Positions 62,521 through 64,000 of a stretch of 64,000 bases of DNA are shown here, piece by piece; position 1 is the stretch's first letter; each line of letters begins with the position of its first letter. The position numbers were made by a program, and so were the translations under genes. Under the pieces are notes generated by a model, which saw only the letters and a list, made by a program, of their open reading frames with translations, was not told the origin of the DNA and did no database searches. The stretch is taken from the NCBI GenBank assembly GCA_963804995.1, contig CAWDSK010000006.1, positions 1,664,001 through 1,728,000 of the forward strand, written 5' to 3'. This stretch comes from an uncultured Acidobacteriota bacterium (GTDB taxonomy: Bacteria > Acidobacteriota > Terriglobia > UBA7540).

Positions 62521-62821
62521 AGAGCACCTTTCCGCGGTCCAGGGCCTCTCGGATCAGGGGATCGCCCTCCTCGTACCGGCGGGCGGTATCCTCCGGACGG
62601 CGCGCCACGATATCAACGGAGAAGTCCGGGTCAACGCGGTTCAGGATTTCCAAGGACTTCCGAAAGCCCTTGCCGTCAAAAACCAAAACCACCAGAAGGT
62701 CCACGTCGGAGTCCGGCCGCGGCTTGCCGTAGGCATAAGAACCAAAAAGGATGATTCGCTCCGGCTGGAACTCGCGGGCAATCCTTTCGCCCAGGTCGAC
62801 AATCCTTTTCTCGTCAATCAT
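62504..62821 (-). CDS. Minimal nucleotidyltransferase (MNT antitoxin)
   Basis: ILFGSYAYG...DSDVDLLV. Confidence 0.92.
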   Translation of the reverse strand: MIDEKRIVDLGERIAREFQPERIILFGSYAYGKPRPDSDVDLLVVLVFDGKGFRKSLEILNRVDPDFSVDIVARRPEDTARRYEEGDPLIREALDRGKVLYERHR

Positions 62822-63028
62822 CAGCTTCTTCCCATTGATTCAACCTGCCGCTCGTTCGGGAAACGACACGGGCGATTATAGCAGGAACAACTGTGTAGGG
62901 CCGAACGGCGTTCGATTGCGAGGGACACGTCATGGCGCAAGGCTGTTCCAATTGCGATAGATTGGATGTACATTGACCCATGAATGCGCCACCAAAACAA
63001 AGATTTCATCTTCCCTCGCCCCCTTGGG

Positions 63029-63123
63029 GGCGGTCTCACAACTGGCAAATTCACGGTTTTTACGACGAATAATCAATAACTTACGCTGTGCAAAAGTCAG
63101 AAATACCTAGTTTTGAGACAGCC
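63029..63123. mobile_element. 95-bp MITE inserted in a REP
   Basis: TIR GGCGGTCTCACAACT / AGTTTTGAGACAGCC; flanks CCCTTGGG / TCCTTGGG; internal AATCAATAACTTA. Confidence 0.7.
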
Positions 63124-63356
63124 TCCTTGGGGGAGGGGGGACCGCAAGGCGGAGGGGGCCCCACGTTTTGCAGGTCGTGGGGGTGAGGGGGTTAGTGCCA
63201 ACCGGAATGCTCTGAGTTAAGTTAGTACCACACGCCACGGCATGGACCCCCTCACCCGTCCCGCCCCGGCTGGTGAATGCGCCGGTCGCGGGCCACCCTC
63301 TCCCCCAAGGGGGCGAAGGGAGTAAATTCATCTCCGCCCTACGCGGAGCAGAGCCC

Positions 63357-64000
63357 CTATGCCGCAAATATTCTTTCCTTGGTTTCGCGCAGGACATCGG
63401 CCGGGTTGCCGATTACGCGCAGAGCGGCCAATCCCCCCGCTCCCCGAACGTCCGACATTTCGAAAACGTGCGGATTCTCCAGGGCGTCGGTCCCACCCTG
63501 TGCGAATTGGGCGGCCAGGGTTCGGAGAGTTCCTGAGGCTGCCGGGGGAAGGCTCTTCAGCCAGTCTTCATGCTTATACCCGAACGCCTCAGCCCGCTCC
63601 GGACAGGTCCGAGGGTTCAAGCCATAACCCAATTCTCCCAACACATCGTAGAGGTCATAATCCGTCATATCCTGAAGTTGGCGTACCAAGTAAGGCGAAC
63701 GGCCCGCGTCAGGTAGGTGACCCATCATCTCGCGCCGCTCTCGGGGTTCAATCCACCGGGCGCGGAAGGCTTCAAGCGTGGGCGCTTCTTCTACCAGTTT
63801 CGCCGCCAAGCGTTCCTTGTATTCTTCCAGGGTGACGGGTGTAGCCTTGCCGTCCACCGAAGTCAGGATATATGTCCCGGCCTCGCTCACGCGCACTTCA
63901 AATCCTTCCGCCAGGATGGTCCGCTCGGGCGGAGGTGGCGGCTCGGGTCCCTCCTTGCGCTCGCGGGGGGGAGTGGCCCTAGTGATGAAGTCCTCTCCAA
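63357..64000 (-). CDS. hsdR: Type I R-M restriction subunit, C-terminal part (EcoEI-like)
   Basis: FRARW...DYDLYDVLGELGYG...ERA...ETKERIFAA; upstream of hsdS/hsdM; the frame runs off the window. Confidence 0.85.
   Translation of the reverse strand, partial: GEDFITRATPPRERKEGPEPPPPPERTILAEGFEVRVSEAGTYILTSVDGKATPVTLEEYKERLAAKLVEEAPTLEAFRARWIEPRERREMMGHLPDAGRSPYLVRQLQDMTDYDLYDVLGELGYGLNPRTCPERAEAFGYKHEDWLKSLPPAASGTLRTLAAQFAQGGTDALENPHVFEMSDVRGAGGLAALRVIGNPADVLRETKERIFAA

Overview
A bacterial chromosomal window, most likely from an Acidobacteriota (Terriglobia-like) genome; this is inferred from the gene families and repeat types, not shown. Main content: (i) a long cluster of envelope/general-stress-type genes (sortase, VWA protein, a sortase-substrate-like protein, a Gln-rich protein, two Crp/Fnr regulators, two SYLF proteins, CsbD, BON, PRC-barrel, USP, DUF2950/DUF3300, MlaEFD). 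Eight promoters in this cluster share a conserved 41-bp tandem CRP-like operator at a near-fixed distance from a -10 box. (ii) An AT-richer island with a divergent HNH-like gene and an Upf1-like SF1 helicase-coiled-coil-PLD-HRDC gene (Mokosh type II-like candidate defence locus). (iii) Mobile DNA: an intact IS1182, an intact ISKra4-family element, a group II intron, a decayed IS1182, REP-flanked mini-transposase remnants, several MITEs and heptamer microsatellites. (iv) A multi-PAS hybrid histidine kinase and an SDR, bracketed by a long inverted repeat. (v) A type I R-M locus interleaved with toxin-antitoxin cassettes. Several genes survive only as N-/C-terminal stubs after internal deletion (MazF, HEPN, GxxExxY, DUF1003, IS200-like). 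Several single-base frameshifts may be sequencing errors. No rRNA, tRNA or CRISPR array was seen. All family calls come from reading motifs by eye; no database was searched.
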